From: an uncultured bacterium
Lineage (GTDB): Bacteria > Desulfobacterota_D > UBA1144 > Nemesobacterales > UBA2774
Direction of reading: 5' to 3'
Assembly: GCA_963705505.1 (NCBI GenBank)
Contig: CAVPJU010000006.1
Location: 192,001-256,000 of the forward strand
DNA length: 64,000 nucleotides
Below are positions 1-9,470 of the stretch, piece by piece (position 1 is the stretch's first letter; the number at the start of each line of letters is the position of its first letter). The notes under the pieces are model-generated. The model saw only the letters and a list, made by a program, of their open reading frames with translations. It was not told where the DNA came from and did not search any database. The translations under genes and the position numbers were made by a program.

Positions 1-228
1 GTCGCCGGGCCTGAATTTTTCGACACCCTGGCCTATCTCGACTACCTCACCGGCCACCTCATGGCCGAGCACCAGAGGAGCCTTCGGAAGGCGGTACCAT
101 TCCATGAGGTCGCTGCCGCAGATACCGCTTGCATGGACCCGCATGAGTATCTCGCCCGGACCTGTCCCGGGAACGGGCATATCCTCGAGCCGTATATCTC
201 TGTTGTTATAGTACATGGCGACACGCAT
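1..228 (-). CDS. Zinc-dependent alcohol/polyol dehydrogenase (MDR family), N-terminal part, runs off the window edge
   Basis: Manual translation from ATG at 228: MRVAMYYNNRDIRLEDMPVP...GICGSDL...PLVLGHEVAGEVVEIG, with the Zn-binding GxCxSD and GHE motifs. Not in the ORF track. Confidence 0.9.
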   Translation of the reverse strand, partial: MRVAMYYNNRDIRLEDMPVPGTGPGEILMRVHASGICGSDLMEWYRLPKAPLVLGHEVAGEVVEIGQGVEKFRPGD

Positions 229-284
229 ATTCTTGGGAGCGCTCCGGGAACTTGCTTTTATGGAAACTTGCCGGGTTTTAGCTT

Positions 285-1100
285 TTATACGCTTGCTACC
301 TTCTTGGATTCCTCGTTCTTTATGGATAAGAAGAGGTCGTGCGCCTGTTTGGGCTTATTATTTTCGTGGACTATCGACCGGATCGCCCTGATTACGGCTA
401 CAGGGTGGTCGTTCTGCCATATGTTCCTGCCCATGTCCACACCGACGGCGCCCTGCTGAATTGCATTATAGGTCATCTCCAGAACGTCCATCTCGGTTTC
501 TAATTTAGGCCCTCCGGCAATCACTATGGGCACGGGACAGCTCGTTGTAACCTTCTCGAACTCCTCGCAGTAATAGGTCTTGACTATATGAGTGCCAAGC
601 TCGGCGCAAATACGGCAGCAAAGAGCGAGATACCTCGAGTCCCTTTTCTCGAGCTCCTTTCCGACGGCAGTAATGCCCAGCACGGGAATTCCGTATTCCT
701 CACCCTGATTGACGAGCTCCGCGAGATTGAGGAGCGTCTGGCGCTCATGCTCACTGCCCACGAATACCGATATCCCGACGCCCGCGACATTCAGCCTAAT
801 GGCGTCCCTGAGGGAAGTAGTAAGGCCCTCGTCCGAAAGGTCGGGGCCGACGATGCTCGAGCCGCCCGAGACCCTTAAAACCACATTCGCGCACGATTCG
901 GGGTCTACGGAGCTCCTGAGCACTCCTCTGGTCAGCATGATGGTATCCGCATACGGGAGCAGGGGTGTTATCGTGTCCCTGGGGACCTCAAGCCTGTGTG
1001 TGGGGCCCAGGAAATACCCGTGGTCGAATGCGACCATGACCGCCCTCCCCGTCCGCGGGTTTATTATCCTCGCCATTCTGTTTTTCATTCCCCAGTCCAT
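285..1100 (-). CDS. lsrF: LsrF-like class I aldolase/thiolase (DeoC/FbaB family)
   Basis: MDWGMKNR start, VAFDHGYFLGP, AELG..IVKTYY, PIVIAGG, GVDMGRNIWQ. ATG at 1100 follows a GAGG(TG) RBS. Confidence 0.85.
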   Translation of the reverse strand: MDWGMKNRMARIINPRTGRAVMVAFDHGYFLGPTHRLEVPRDTITPLLPYADTIMLTRGVLRSSVDPESCANVVLRVSGGSSIVGPDLSDEGLTTSLRDAIRLNVAGVGISVFVGSEHERQTLLNLAELVNQGEEYGIPVLGITAVGKELEKRDSRYLALCCRICAELGTHIVKTYYCEEFEKVTTSCPVPIVIAGGPKLETEMDVLEMTYNAIQQGAVGVDMGRNIWQNDHPVAVIRAIRSIVHENNKPKQAHDLFLSIKNEESKKVASV

Positions 1101-1465
1101 AACCGTAACACCTCTCATTCGTTGGAATTTATCACACAAAATTTAAAGTAACCGGGGTTAATTGTCAATCAAAGCCGGGCAATATATGAAAAAACCGATT
1201 CCCGGCAGGCGGTTACGACATTAAAAGATAATTCGAATTTCCTTAATATTGTGCTCATATCATGATTGGCTGCGGGGATCATCGGAGGAGATATTGTGAA
1301 TGGGCGCCACGGCGAAGATCAAATCCGATGCAATATTGCAGTTGCACATAAATATCGCGATGCTCAATAAATAATGAGTAAACGCAGCATGTTGTAAGAT
1401 GTTAATAATACGCATTTGCAAAATAATTACTTGACTCCGTATTTTTTGCCCTTAAATTTATATGT

Positions 1466-1921
1466 ATGGAGAAAACCATGAACAGATATGAACAGGGTAT
1501 AGAGAAATTTAAGGAAATCAAGGGTGACGGGGCTGAGAAGTCGCTTGAGCGCTTGAAATCACTCAACCCGGACCTTGAGAAATTCATAATGGAATTCGCT
1601 TTTAACGATATTTACGGAAGGCCTGCGCTCGACACGAGGTCGAGGGAGATCGCTACGGTGGCAGCCCTTGCGGCAACGGGGCACATTCCGCAGCTTAAAG
1701 TTCATACGCAATCTGCCTTGAACGTCGGAGTCACAAGGGAGGAGATTATCGAAATCATACTCCAAATGGCTCTTTACGCCGGCTTCCCCGCCGCGATCAA
1801 TGCCATGCAGGCAGTAAAGGAAGTATTCGACGAATTGGAAAACAAAGAATTGGAAAACAAAAAAATAAATTCAAACGGCAGCGGGGTGAAGCTCGAAAGA
1901 AAAAAACTGGCATCCCTATGA
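1466..1921 (+). CDS. Carboxymuconolactone decarboxylase (AhpD-like) family protein
   Basis: FAFNDIYGRPALDTRSREIATVAAL, LKVHTQSALNVGVT.EEI.EIILQ..LYAGFPAA. Confidence 0.85.
   Translation: MEKTMNRYEQGIEKFKEIKGDGAEKSLERLKSLNPDLEKFIMEFAFNDIYGRPALDTRSREIATVAALAATGHIPQLKVHTQSALNVGVTREEIIEIILQMALYAGFPAAINAMQAVKEVFDELENKELENKKINSNGSGVKLERKKLASL
1832..1861 (+). repeat. Perfect 15-bp tandem duplication GAATTGGAAAACAAA x2 (ELENK x2)
   Basis: Directly visible near the 3' end of the CMD-family gene. Confidence 0.9.
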
Positions 1922-2907
1922 CAGAACCTCGATCAGGGACCGTTAAAGTAAACGGCATAGACATATATTATGAAATACACGGCTCGGGCGAACCGCTCCT
2001 GATGATAGAGGGGCTCGGGTACTCCGCATGGATGTGGTATAAGCAGATACCCGCGTTCTCGGAAAGGCATCAGGTGATCGTATTCGACAACAGGGGAGCC
2101 GGGAACACGGATAAGCCTGATACCGAATACTCGACGGAGATCATGGCAGACGACGCTTCCGGTTTGTTAAGGACGCTCGGCATCGGTCAGGCTCACGTTC
2201 TGGGCGTATCCCTCGGCGGATTCATAGCGCAGGAGCTCGCCCTGAGACACCCCGACCTCGTGAAGAGCCTGGTCCTGGTTTCGACGAACTCAGGCGAAGA
2301 AAACCCGCTCAGGAGGAACTCCCACCCCTGGAACGGATTTTTAAAACTCTGGGGATTCCTGCCGGGGATGTTCGAGATGAGCGGAAAGGCAGGCGTACCC
2401 TCCGGGATAGAGTACGGCCTCACTAAAGAAGAGAAAATACGCTACGGCCTCTCGCTTGCCTTCACTCCCGAATATTTCAAGGAGCATCCGGACGAAATCG
2501 AGCGGATCGTAAAATGGAGGCTGGATAACCCGCAGCCGGGCTATGCGTGGACTCGTCAGATGATGGCCGGAATGAAATTCAATTCTACCGCCAGAGCCGG
2601 AGACATTAGCGCCCCCTCAATCGTTATTAGCGGCACCGAGGACAGGATCGTTACGCCCGAAAGCGCGTTCGTGCTTGCCGAAAGGATACCGGATTCAAGG
2701 TTCGTGCCGATAGAGGGATCGGGGCATCTCCTCTTTATAGAGCGCTCAGAAGAGTTTAATGAAACCGTTCTGGAATTTCTGGACGAGGCCTGCGGGAAAA
2801 ATCAAAAAACCGCTCCCGGTAATATAGAAAATTCCGGATTGTGGGAAAAAATCGTTTCCTTCTTTTCGGGCAGCAATATTAAAAACGGCAATGCCATGAA
2901 GAATTAA
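1918..2907 (+). CDS. Alpha/beta hydrolase (enol-lactone hydrolase-like)
   Basis: FDNRGAG, nucleophile GVSLGG, GTED, GSGH. ATGA overlap with the upstream gene. Confidence 0.85.
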   Translation: MTEPRSGTVKVNGIDIYYEIHGSGEPLLMIEGLGYSAWMWYKQIPAFSERHQVIVFDNRGAGNTDKPDTEYSTEIMADDASGLLRTLGIGQAHVLGVSLGGFIAQELALRHPDLVKSLVLVSTNSGEENPLRRNSHPWNGFLKLWGFLPGMFEMSGKAGVPSGIEYGLTKEEKIRYGLSLAFTPEYFKEHPDEIERIVKWRLDNPQPGYAWTRQMMAGMKFNSTARAGDISAPSIVISGTEDRIVTPESAFVLAERIPDSRFVPIEGSGHLLFIERSEEFNETVLEFLDEACGKNQKTAPGNIENSGLWEKIVSFFSGSNIKNGNAMKN

Positions 2908-3093
2908 ACCTGCGCTTCTATCCGCCCTCGCCGTCCCAATAATCCACTTCAGACCCGCCACGAAAATATTTATGGACAGTCCTTTTTTCCTTCGAACCGC
3001 CCGGAGCGGAGCCCGCCGGTCCATTCCAAATCCTTTTCGTTAATAATATGAGATCGTGCCGTCACGGCCTCCTGCCGTTGATGATCACTACGT

Positions 3094-4275
3094 TCACTTA
3101 TTACACGTCGCCTCAAAGGCAGCTTTAAACGCGCCGAGCGCAAGATCGACATGCTCTTCCGTATGCCCGGCCATGAGTGTGGCCCTGATCCTGCACTTGC
3201 CCTGAGGGACCGACGGAGGCCTTACGGCAGGCGTATAGACCCCGTTCTCCCTGAGGGCGGCGGCGAACCGGAGAGCGGGCTCAGCCTCGCCGACCAGAAC
3301 CGGTACGATAGCGGAATCCGACGGGAGGACAGTAAGCCCTATATCCTCTATACCGCTCTTAAATTTTTTAATTAGACGCCAGAGGTGCTCCCTTCTCTCA
3401 GGCTCGTTCTCGATTATACCGATCGCGGCTATAGAGGCTGCGAGTGAAGGGGCCGGCAGCGACGTGTCGAAAATATAGCTCCTGGCCCGGTTCCTTATAA
3501 AATCGATCAGCTCCTGACTGCCCGCAATATAGCCGCCGAGGGAGCCTACCGCCTTTGAAAGCGTGCCCATAACAACGTGAATACGGTCTTCGACCCCGAA
3601 GTATTCGGTCGCTCCGCTCCCTCTTTTCCCGAGCACTCCGGTCGCGTGCGCTTCGTCGACCATGAGCATGCATCCGAAGCTCTCCGCAAGCTCGATCAGA
3701 CGCGGAAGGGGAGCGAGGTCGCCGTCCATGCTGAACACAGTATCGGTAACGATAAGCTTCTTACATTTCCTTTTCCTGTCGGAGAGAAGAAGCGATTCGA
3801 GATGTTCGGTATCGAGGTGCCTGTAGATTTTTATATCGGCGCGGGAAAGCCTGCAGCCGTCTATTATGGACGCGTGATTGAGCTCATCGCTGTAGACGAT
3901 GTCACCTTCGCCGAGAAGTGACGAGATAGTCCCGATATTGGCGAGGTAACCGGAGCTGAAAAGGATCGCGGCTTGGGTGTTTTTAAAGCCCGCGATGCGT
4001 TCCTCGAGCTCTCTATGCAGGTCGGTGCTCCCGCTCACAAGACGGGACCCGCCTGAGCCCGTCCCGTATTTCTCGAGAGCAAGCCTGGCCGCCTCTACGA
4101 CCCTCGTGTCGACGGACAAGCTCAGATAGCTGTTCGAGGCCAGCAGTACATAACGCTTCCCGCCGATCGTTATTTCCGGGAGCTGGCCGGTCTCAAGCTC
4201 GGTAAGCGCGCGGAAGAGCTTCTTATCCTTTATCCGGGCTAAATCCTGTTCTATCCAGTCTAGAGGGCCTTTCAT
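3094..4275 (-). CDS. bioF: 8-amino-7-oxononanoate synthase
   Basis: SNSYL, GSGGSRL, LNHASIIDG, FSMDGD, DEAHA, GTLSKA (PLP lysine), RPPSVP. Lies in a bio cluster. Confidence 0.93.
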   Translation of the reverse strand: MKGPLDWIEQDLARIKDKKLFRALTELETGQLPEITIGGKRYVLLASNSYLSLSVDTRVVEAARLALEKYGTGSGGSRLVSGSTDLHRELEERIAGFKNTQAAILFSSGYLANIGTISSLLGEGDIVYSDELNHASIIDGCRLSRADIKIYRHLDTEHLESLLLSDRKRKCKKLIVTDTVFSMDGDLAPLPRLIELAESFGCMLMVDEAHATGVLGKRGSGATEYFGVEDRIHVVMGTLSKAVGSLGGYIAGSQELIDFIRNRARSYIFDTSLPAPSLAASIAAIGIIENEPERREHLWRLIKKFKSGIEDIGLTVLPSDSAIVPVLVGEAEPALRFAAALRENGVYTPAVRPPSVPQGKCRIRATLMAGHTEEHVDLALGAFKAAFEATCNK

Positions 4276-4332
4276 ATCGGTGAGAGTAATTCAATAAATT
4301 TTCATACACGCGGACGGACTTTGTATATAGAA

Positions 4333-5692
4333 TTACGCGTCCTCGGTCACTTTTTTAATTGAATTGTAAGTCACCCGGACAAGCTTTTTTAAATCCTCCA
4401 TTGGAATTCCGAGTGGGGGCATGAGAACCACTACATTTCCGAGCGGGCGTATCAATACCCCCTCGTTCATAGCCTCCTCGGCGACCCTCCATCCCATCCT
4501 CATATTCGCCTGATAAGTCTCCTTTGTTTCCTTATCCTGTACCAGCTCGATGCCGACCATCAACCCCTTGCTCCTCACATTCCCCACGTGCTTGAGGCCG
4601 TTAAATTCCCTGAGCTCCTCTTCGAGATACCCGACCTTTTCCTTAAGGCTATCAAGCGTATTGTAGTTTTTAAACGCCTCCAGGTTCCCGAGGGCAGCTG
4701 CGCAGGAAATGGGGTTTCCGGCGTAGCTATGTCCGTGGAAGAAGGTCTTGAACTCCTCGTATTCGCCGAGGAAAGCGTCGTACACTTCCTGTGTCGTAAT
4801 CGTTGCGGAGAGGGGGAGATAACCGCCGGTCATACTCTTTCCGAGCACCAGTATATCGGGCGTCACGTCCTCGTGCTCGCATGCGAACATCTTACCGGTC
4901 CTGCCGAACCCGGTCGCGACTTCATCGAGTATAAGCAGCACGCCGTACTTCTCGCAGTATTCACTGACCAGTTTAAGATAACCGGGAGGGGATACGATCA
5001 TACCGCCCGCCGCCTGGACATAGGGCTCCAATATAACCCCGGCGATCTCATCGTGATGTGCTTCGAGAATATTTCCGACCTCACGCGCGCACGCCAATCC
5101 GCAGGAGGGGTACGTTTTGCCGAGCGGGCATCTGTAGCAATAGTATGAAGGCGCCTGATAAGTCTCGAAAAGAAGGGGCTTGAACGCCGCGTGGAAAATA
5201 TCGATCCCCCCTACAGAGACCGCGCCGAGCGTATCGCCGTGATAACCGTTTCGGAGCGAGACGAATTTCGTTTTACCGGGCTTGCCAACGTGCTGCCAGT
5301 ATTGAAATGCCATTTTGAGCGCTGCCTCTACGGCACTCGCGCCGTCTCCCGAATAAAACACCTTTTTCAGTCCCAGGCGGACATATATCTATCAGCTCTT
5401 TCGCAAGCTCCGCCGCAGGGGGGTTTGTGATACCGAGCAACGTGCTGTGGCCGAGCTTCTCGACCTGGTTTTTAATGGCGTTGTCAATCTCGGGGACCCT
5501 GTGGCCGTGGACATTGACCCAGAGCGAGGAAACACCGTCGATATACCTCCCGCCTTCGGAATCAATGAGGTAAGCACCCTCGCCTCCTTCTATGATGACG
5601 GGCTCTTTTTCCTCGTATTCCCTCATCTGGGTAAAGGGGTGCCATACGAACTCTTTATCATAGGCTCCTAACTTTTTCTTTCTATCGGACAT
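4333..5692 (-). CDS. bioA: Adenosylmethionine-8-amino-7-oxononanoate aminotransferase, split by one frameshift near 5372 (probable assembly error)
   Basis: ORF 5273..5692 gives VWHPFTQM and SSLWVNVHGH. ORF 4333..5361 gives GASAVEAALKMA, YHGDT, DEVATGFGRTG, GKSMTGGYLPL. Confidence 0.92.
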
Positions 5693-5757
5693 TTCGAAGT
5701 TTGCTAAGGGTCTCGGGGATAAGGGCGTATGCCCGGGTTAACCGGCTGAAACTGTGA

Positions 5758-6765
5758 TTAATTAACATCCTTTCTGACAGGCATTTCAAGGTCATCGAGC
5801 ATCCTGAGGTCTTCCTCCGGGGACCTGCCCGGGGTAGTGAGGTAATTTCCCAGAATCATCGCATTCGCTCCGGCGAGTAGTCCCATCGACTGCAAATCAC
5901 GGAGCGTAACTTCCCTTCCACCGGCCGTCATGAGTATTTTGTCGGGGAGGATGAGCCTGAATATCGATATTGTCTTCACAGCCTCGAAAGGGGGGAACAT
6001 GGGCAGCTTTTCAAACGGGGTTCCGGGTCTCGGGTTCAGGAAATTGATCGGTACCCAGCTCGGACCGAGCTCCTTTAACTCGAAAGCAAGCTCGATTCTT
6101 TGTTGAGGGGTCTCCCCCATGCCCAGTATGCCTCCGCAGCAGAGGTGCATACCCGCTTTTTTGACAAGCTCCGCCGTCTTGAGCCTGTCATCGTACGTAT
6201 GGGTCGAGCATATGCGGGGGAAATAGCTCCTGCAGGTCTCGATGTTATGATTGTACCGCCAGACGCCGTGTTCCTTGAGCTCGTAAGCCTGCTCTTCCCT
6301 GAGATCGCCTAGAGAGCAGCCTACTTTAAGATTTGTTTCCGCGCGAAGCATATCCACGACCTCGAGCACCTTCTTGAAAATCCTCTGTGTCGGTCCCTTA
6401 GCGCTTATGACGATACAGAAATCCATTGCCCCGAGCCTCTCCGCCTGCCTGGCGGCCAGTAATATTTTCTCGGCGGCCATAAGCGGATGGGCGTTTACTT
6501 CCGTATCATAATGGACCGACTGGGAGCAAAACGAACAGTCTTCCGGGCAGTTGCCGGTCTGGGCGCTGATAATGGACCTTAAAAACACGCCGTCGCCTTT
6601 ATACTTTAAGGTGACCTTCCTGGCGAGTGAGATCAGGTCCGGGACTTCCGGCTTTGGAAGCTCGCTCAAGGCCAGAGCTTCGCCAAAATTTATGGGCTCC
6701 TCGTTAACAAGCAGCTTTTCGGCAACGATATCTAGTATAGAAATTCCTGCTCTCCCGTCTCCCAT
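5758..6765 (-). CDS. bioB: Biotin synthase (radical SAM)
   Basis: CPEDCSFCSQS, YNHNIET, CCGGILGMGE, VPINFLNPRPGTP, GNYLTT. Confidence 0.95.
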   Translation of the reverse strand: MGDGRAGISILDIVAEKLLVNEEPINFGEALALSELPKPEVPDLISLARKVTLKYKGDGVFLRSIISAQTGNCPEDCSFCSQSVHYDTEVNAHPLMAAEKILLAARQAERLGAMDFCIVISAKGPTQRIFKKVLEVVDMLRAETNLKVGCSLGDLREEQAYELKEHGVWRYNHNIETCRSYFPRICSTHTYDDRLKTAELVKKAGMHLCCGGILGMGETPQQRIELAFELKELGPSWVPINFLNPRPGTPFEKLPMFPPFEAVKTISIFRLILPDKILMTAGGREVTLRDLQSMGLLAGANAMILGNYLTTPGRSPEEDLRMLDDLEMPVRKDVN

Positions 6766-6780
6766 CCTCGAATTCCCCTT

Positions 6781-6808
6781 AGATTACTGGAACGGACTTT
6801 ATTGTCAA
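6781..6808 (-). promoter_or_regulatory. Putative sigma70 promoter for bioB-bioA-bioF
   Basis: Minus strand TTGACA-N16-TAATCT just upstream of bioB. Confidence 0.4.
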
Positions 6809-7094
6809 CAACACTAGCGATTTCTGAGAATGGTATTATAGTGTTATATAATTATTAATTGAATATGGCTTGAATCGCCGGGAAGTATTAGAAAGGGTGA
6901 AGACATTCCATCGCCAATGGTATAAAATATATCCAAGCCTGATCTATGGGTCTTTGAATTCATTCGAATTAAGCCCGCCTGATAGATCTGACTGAGCATG
7001 ATTTTTACGTATGGCCGGCAATAATCGAAAACGTGAACACTAAAAATTTCATAACCATCTCACTCGAGAGTGCCAAACAGGAGGAATCAAGCCA

Positions 7095-7655
7095 ATGGAG
7101 CAAGTACTGACTCTGGAAGAAGCCGCTCAATATCTCAAAGTTGCCAAACCTACTCTATATCGATTGCTTGAAGACGGAAAGATCCCCGCATTCAAGGTCG
7201 GGAACCAGTGGAGATTTACGAAAGAGCTTATCGATAAATGGCTTTGGGATCAGCTGCCAAAGAAAAAGAACGTGCTGGTCGTTGATGATGAAAAGCTTGT
7301 ATCGATGGATCTTAAGAAGATAATTACCTCAGAAGGACATGATGTAATCACTACCCAAAGCGGAATAGACGCGTCGAGGGTAATCGAGGATTCGAACATA
7401 GATTTGGTATTCCTTGACCTCATGCTCCCCGATATATCAGGGGTGGAGGTATTGAAGGAAATTAAAAAGGTTAAAAGCAATTTGCCCGTAGTGATCATTA
7501 CCGGATACCCGGACAGCGAGGTCATGAACAAGGCGCTGGAACTGGGACCGATCTCCGTCCTTAAAAAACCGTTTAGCCGGGAGCAGATTCGGGATTTGTT
7601 GAAAATCCTCCTGGCCCCTACAACGGGCATGGGAAGAGCCAAGGCCAGGGAATAG
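7095..7655 (+). CDS. Excisionase-like HTH (HTH_17) fused to a response regulator receiver domain
   Basis: LTLEEAAQYLKV..TLYRL...IPAFKVGNQWRF, then VLVVDDE...LDLMLPD...ITGY...KKPF. GGAGG RBS. Confidence 0.88.
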   Translation: MEQVLTLEEAAQYLKVAKPTLYRLLEDGKIPAFKVGNQWRFTKELIDKWLWDQLPKKKNVLVVDDEKLVSMDLKKIITSEGHDVITTQSGIDASRVIEDSNIDLVFLDLMLPDISGVEVLKEIKKVKSNLPVVIITGYPDSEVMNKALELGPISVLKKPFSREQIRDLLKILLAPTTGMGRAKARE

Positions 7656-7861
7656 GCAGGAGAAGGGGTTGGGGGAGGAATAAAGCCTCCCCCCGCGCGG
7701 TCGACCGCATACGGCCGCTATAAGCCATCTGAGACAATAAGCCCCAAGGAAGTGTAATTACAACAAAAAATTATAAATTGAAGTATCAGTCCGCCTCGTT
7801 AATGGCTTATCACCGCAAAATTGGATAGAATTCTCCCAAAGGCAGAGAGGAGGTGCTACTA

Positions 7862-9337
7862 TTGACCGCAAGGATAAGAAAATACGGATTATTCATCAAC
7901 GGTAAGGAAGCGGATTCCGTATCCGGGAAAACCTATATCAGAGAAAATCCCGCAACCGAAGTGCCATTTGCGGAAATTGCCGAAGCCGGGAAGGAGGACG
8001 TGGATAATGCGGTGGGAGCAGCGCGGAGCGCTTTTGAAAAATGGTCGAAAGTACCTGTTTCCGAGCGGGTGAGATTGCTCCGCAAAATTGCCGACCTGCT
8101 GGATAAAAACAAAGAACAAATAGCACTGACAAATACGCTCGAAACCGGAAAACCCATCCGGGAAAGCCGCCTCGTGGAAGTCGGAGGCTCCATCAGGACT
8201 CTCGAATATTATACGGGAGCGGCAATGAACCTCAACGGGGAAAGCATGTCGGTATCTGAGCACCAGCTGACCGTAACACTGAGAGAGCCGATCGGCGTTG
8301 TGGCGCAGATAATACCTTGGAATTTCCCGCTTCTTCTCTCTTTCTGGAAAATAGCGCCGGCCCTGGCAGCGGGGTGCACGATAGTGCTGAAGCCCGCCGA
8401 ATATACCCCCTGCGGGATACTGGAAGTCGCCAGGATTTGCTCTGAAGCCGGCCTTCCTGACGGAGTGCTGAACGTTGTGCCGGGCCTGGGTGAAGTCGCG
8501 GGGCAGTCACTTGTCGAGCATCCGGACGTGGGAAAGGTCGCTTTCACCGGATCAACGGAAGTCGGAAAGATAGTGATGAGAACCGCGGCTCAATCGATAA
8601 AACGGGTGTCGCTCGAGCTCGGCGGGAAAGCACCCTGCATAGTATTCGAGGACGCGGAAATAGAGAACACGATAGAGGCTGCGCTAAGAGGCGGGTTCTT
8701 TAACCAGGGGGAGAACTGCACAGCCGTAACACGGCTCCTCCTGCATGAGGATATATATGACAAATTCCTTCCCCCCTTTATAGACAAGGTAAAGAAGATC
8801 AGGATAGGAGACCCGCTCGACGAAGAAACGGAACTCGGCTCATTAATCTCTAAAGAGCATTTCGAGAAGGTTAAATCTTATTTCGCAAAGGGAGTAAAGG
8901 AGGGAGGCCAGCCGCTTCATGGCGGAGGCCGCCCGAAGGAATTAAAAAAAGGCTATTTCTTCGAGCCCACCGTGCTTGCCGACGTAGAGCCGGATTCAAC
9001 AGTAGCGTGCGAAGAAATTTTCGGCCCGATCGTGGCGGTATTGCCTTTTAAAACGGAGGAAGAGGCCGTGAATATGGCCAACGACACCGTTTACGGCCTG
9101 GCCGGAGGTATATGGACGCGGGATATAAAAAGGGCTCTCAGGGTCGCCAAAGCCGTAAAGGCGGGTTATCTCTGGGTAAACACATACGGAGGAATAATCC
9201 CCGAAACCCCGTACGGAGGTCTTAAGCAGAGCGGGATAGGGAAGGAACTCGGTACGGAAGGGCTCAATATGTATCTCGAAACCAAGGCGGTGAATATATT
9301 CATCGGCGATAAGCTCCCGGCGTGGTACAAGGGATAA
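7862..9337 (+). CDS. NAD(P)-dependent aldehyde dehydrogenase
   Basis: IPWNFP, LKPAE, FTGSTEVG, LELGGK, NQGENC, EEIFGP. TTG start after AGGAGG. Confidence 0.93.
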   Translation: MTARIRKYGLFINGKEADSVSGKTYIRENPATEVPFAEIAEAGKEDVDNAVGAARSAFEKWSKVPVSERVRLLRKIADLLDKNKEQIALTNTLETGKPIRESRLVEVGGSIRTLEYYTGAAMNLNGESMSVSEHQLTVTLREPIGVVAQIIPWNFPLLLSFWKIAPALAAGCTIVLKPAEYTPCGILEVARICSEAGLPDGVLNVVPGLGEVAGQSLVEHPDVGKVAFTGSTEVGKIVMRTAAQSIKRVSLELGGKAPCIVFEDAEIENTIEAALRGGFFNQGENCTAVTRLLLHEDIYDKFLPPFIDKVKKIRIGDPLDEETELGSLISKEHFEKVKSYFAKGVKEGGQPLHGGGRPKELKKGYFFEPTVLADVEPDSTVACEEIFGPIVAVLPFKTEEEAVNMANDTVYGLAGGIWTRDIKRALRVAKAVKAGYLWVNTYGGIIPETPYGGLKQSGIGKELGTEGLNMYLETKAVNIFIGDKLPAWYKG

Positions 9338-9470
9338 ATTCCGTCTCTAACTGCCCGCCGCATAACCCGACAAGCCCGTCAGGCCCAGTCTAAACCCTAA
9401 AGACGGGCCGGATTATCTCCGACGCGCCCCGGAGACTAAATGATAAAGTTTTTAAAATTTGGGAATCCGG

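Noticed and set aside
5355..5385. Programmed frameshift or pseudogene in bioA
   Set aside because: Removing one G from CCTGGGACTG restores ...CPPGLKKVFYS. No slippery heptamer or other decay is visible, and it matches the insertion errors seen elsewhere.
6801..6831. BirA operator upstream of bioB
   Set aside because: One half-site-like ATTGTCAAC coincides with the -35 box; the partner half is degenerate and wrongly spaced.
7050..7076. CIRCE (HrcA) element upstream of the HTH-receiver gene
   Set aside because: Only a right-half-like GAGTGCCAA is present; the left half at 9-bp spacing does not match. I also found no CIRCE before groES or hsp20.
7095..7260. Prophage or integrative element suggested by the excisionase-like HTH
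   Set aside because: The domain is fused to a receiver, and no integrase, att site or phage gene is present.
7672..7695. Intrinsic terminator after the HTH-receiver gene (GGGGGAGG-N7-CCTCCCCC)
   Set aside because: The hairpin is real but lacks a U tract on either strand, so its function cannot be supported.
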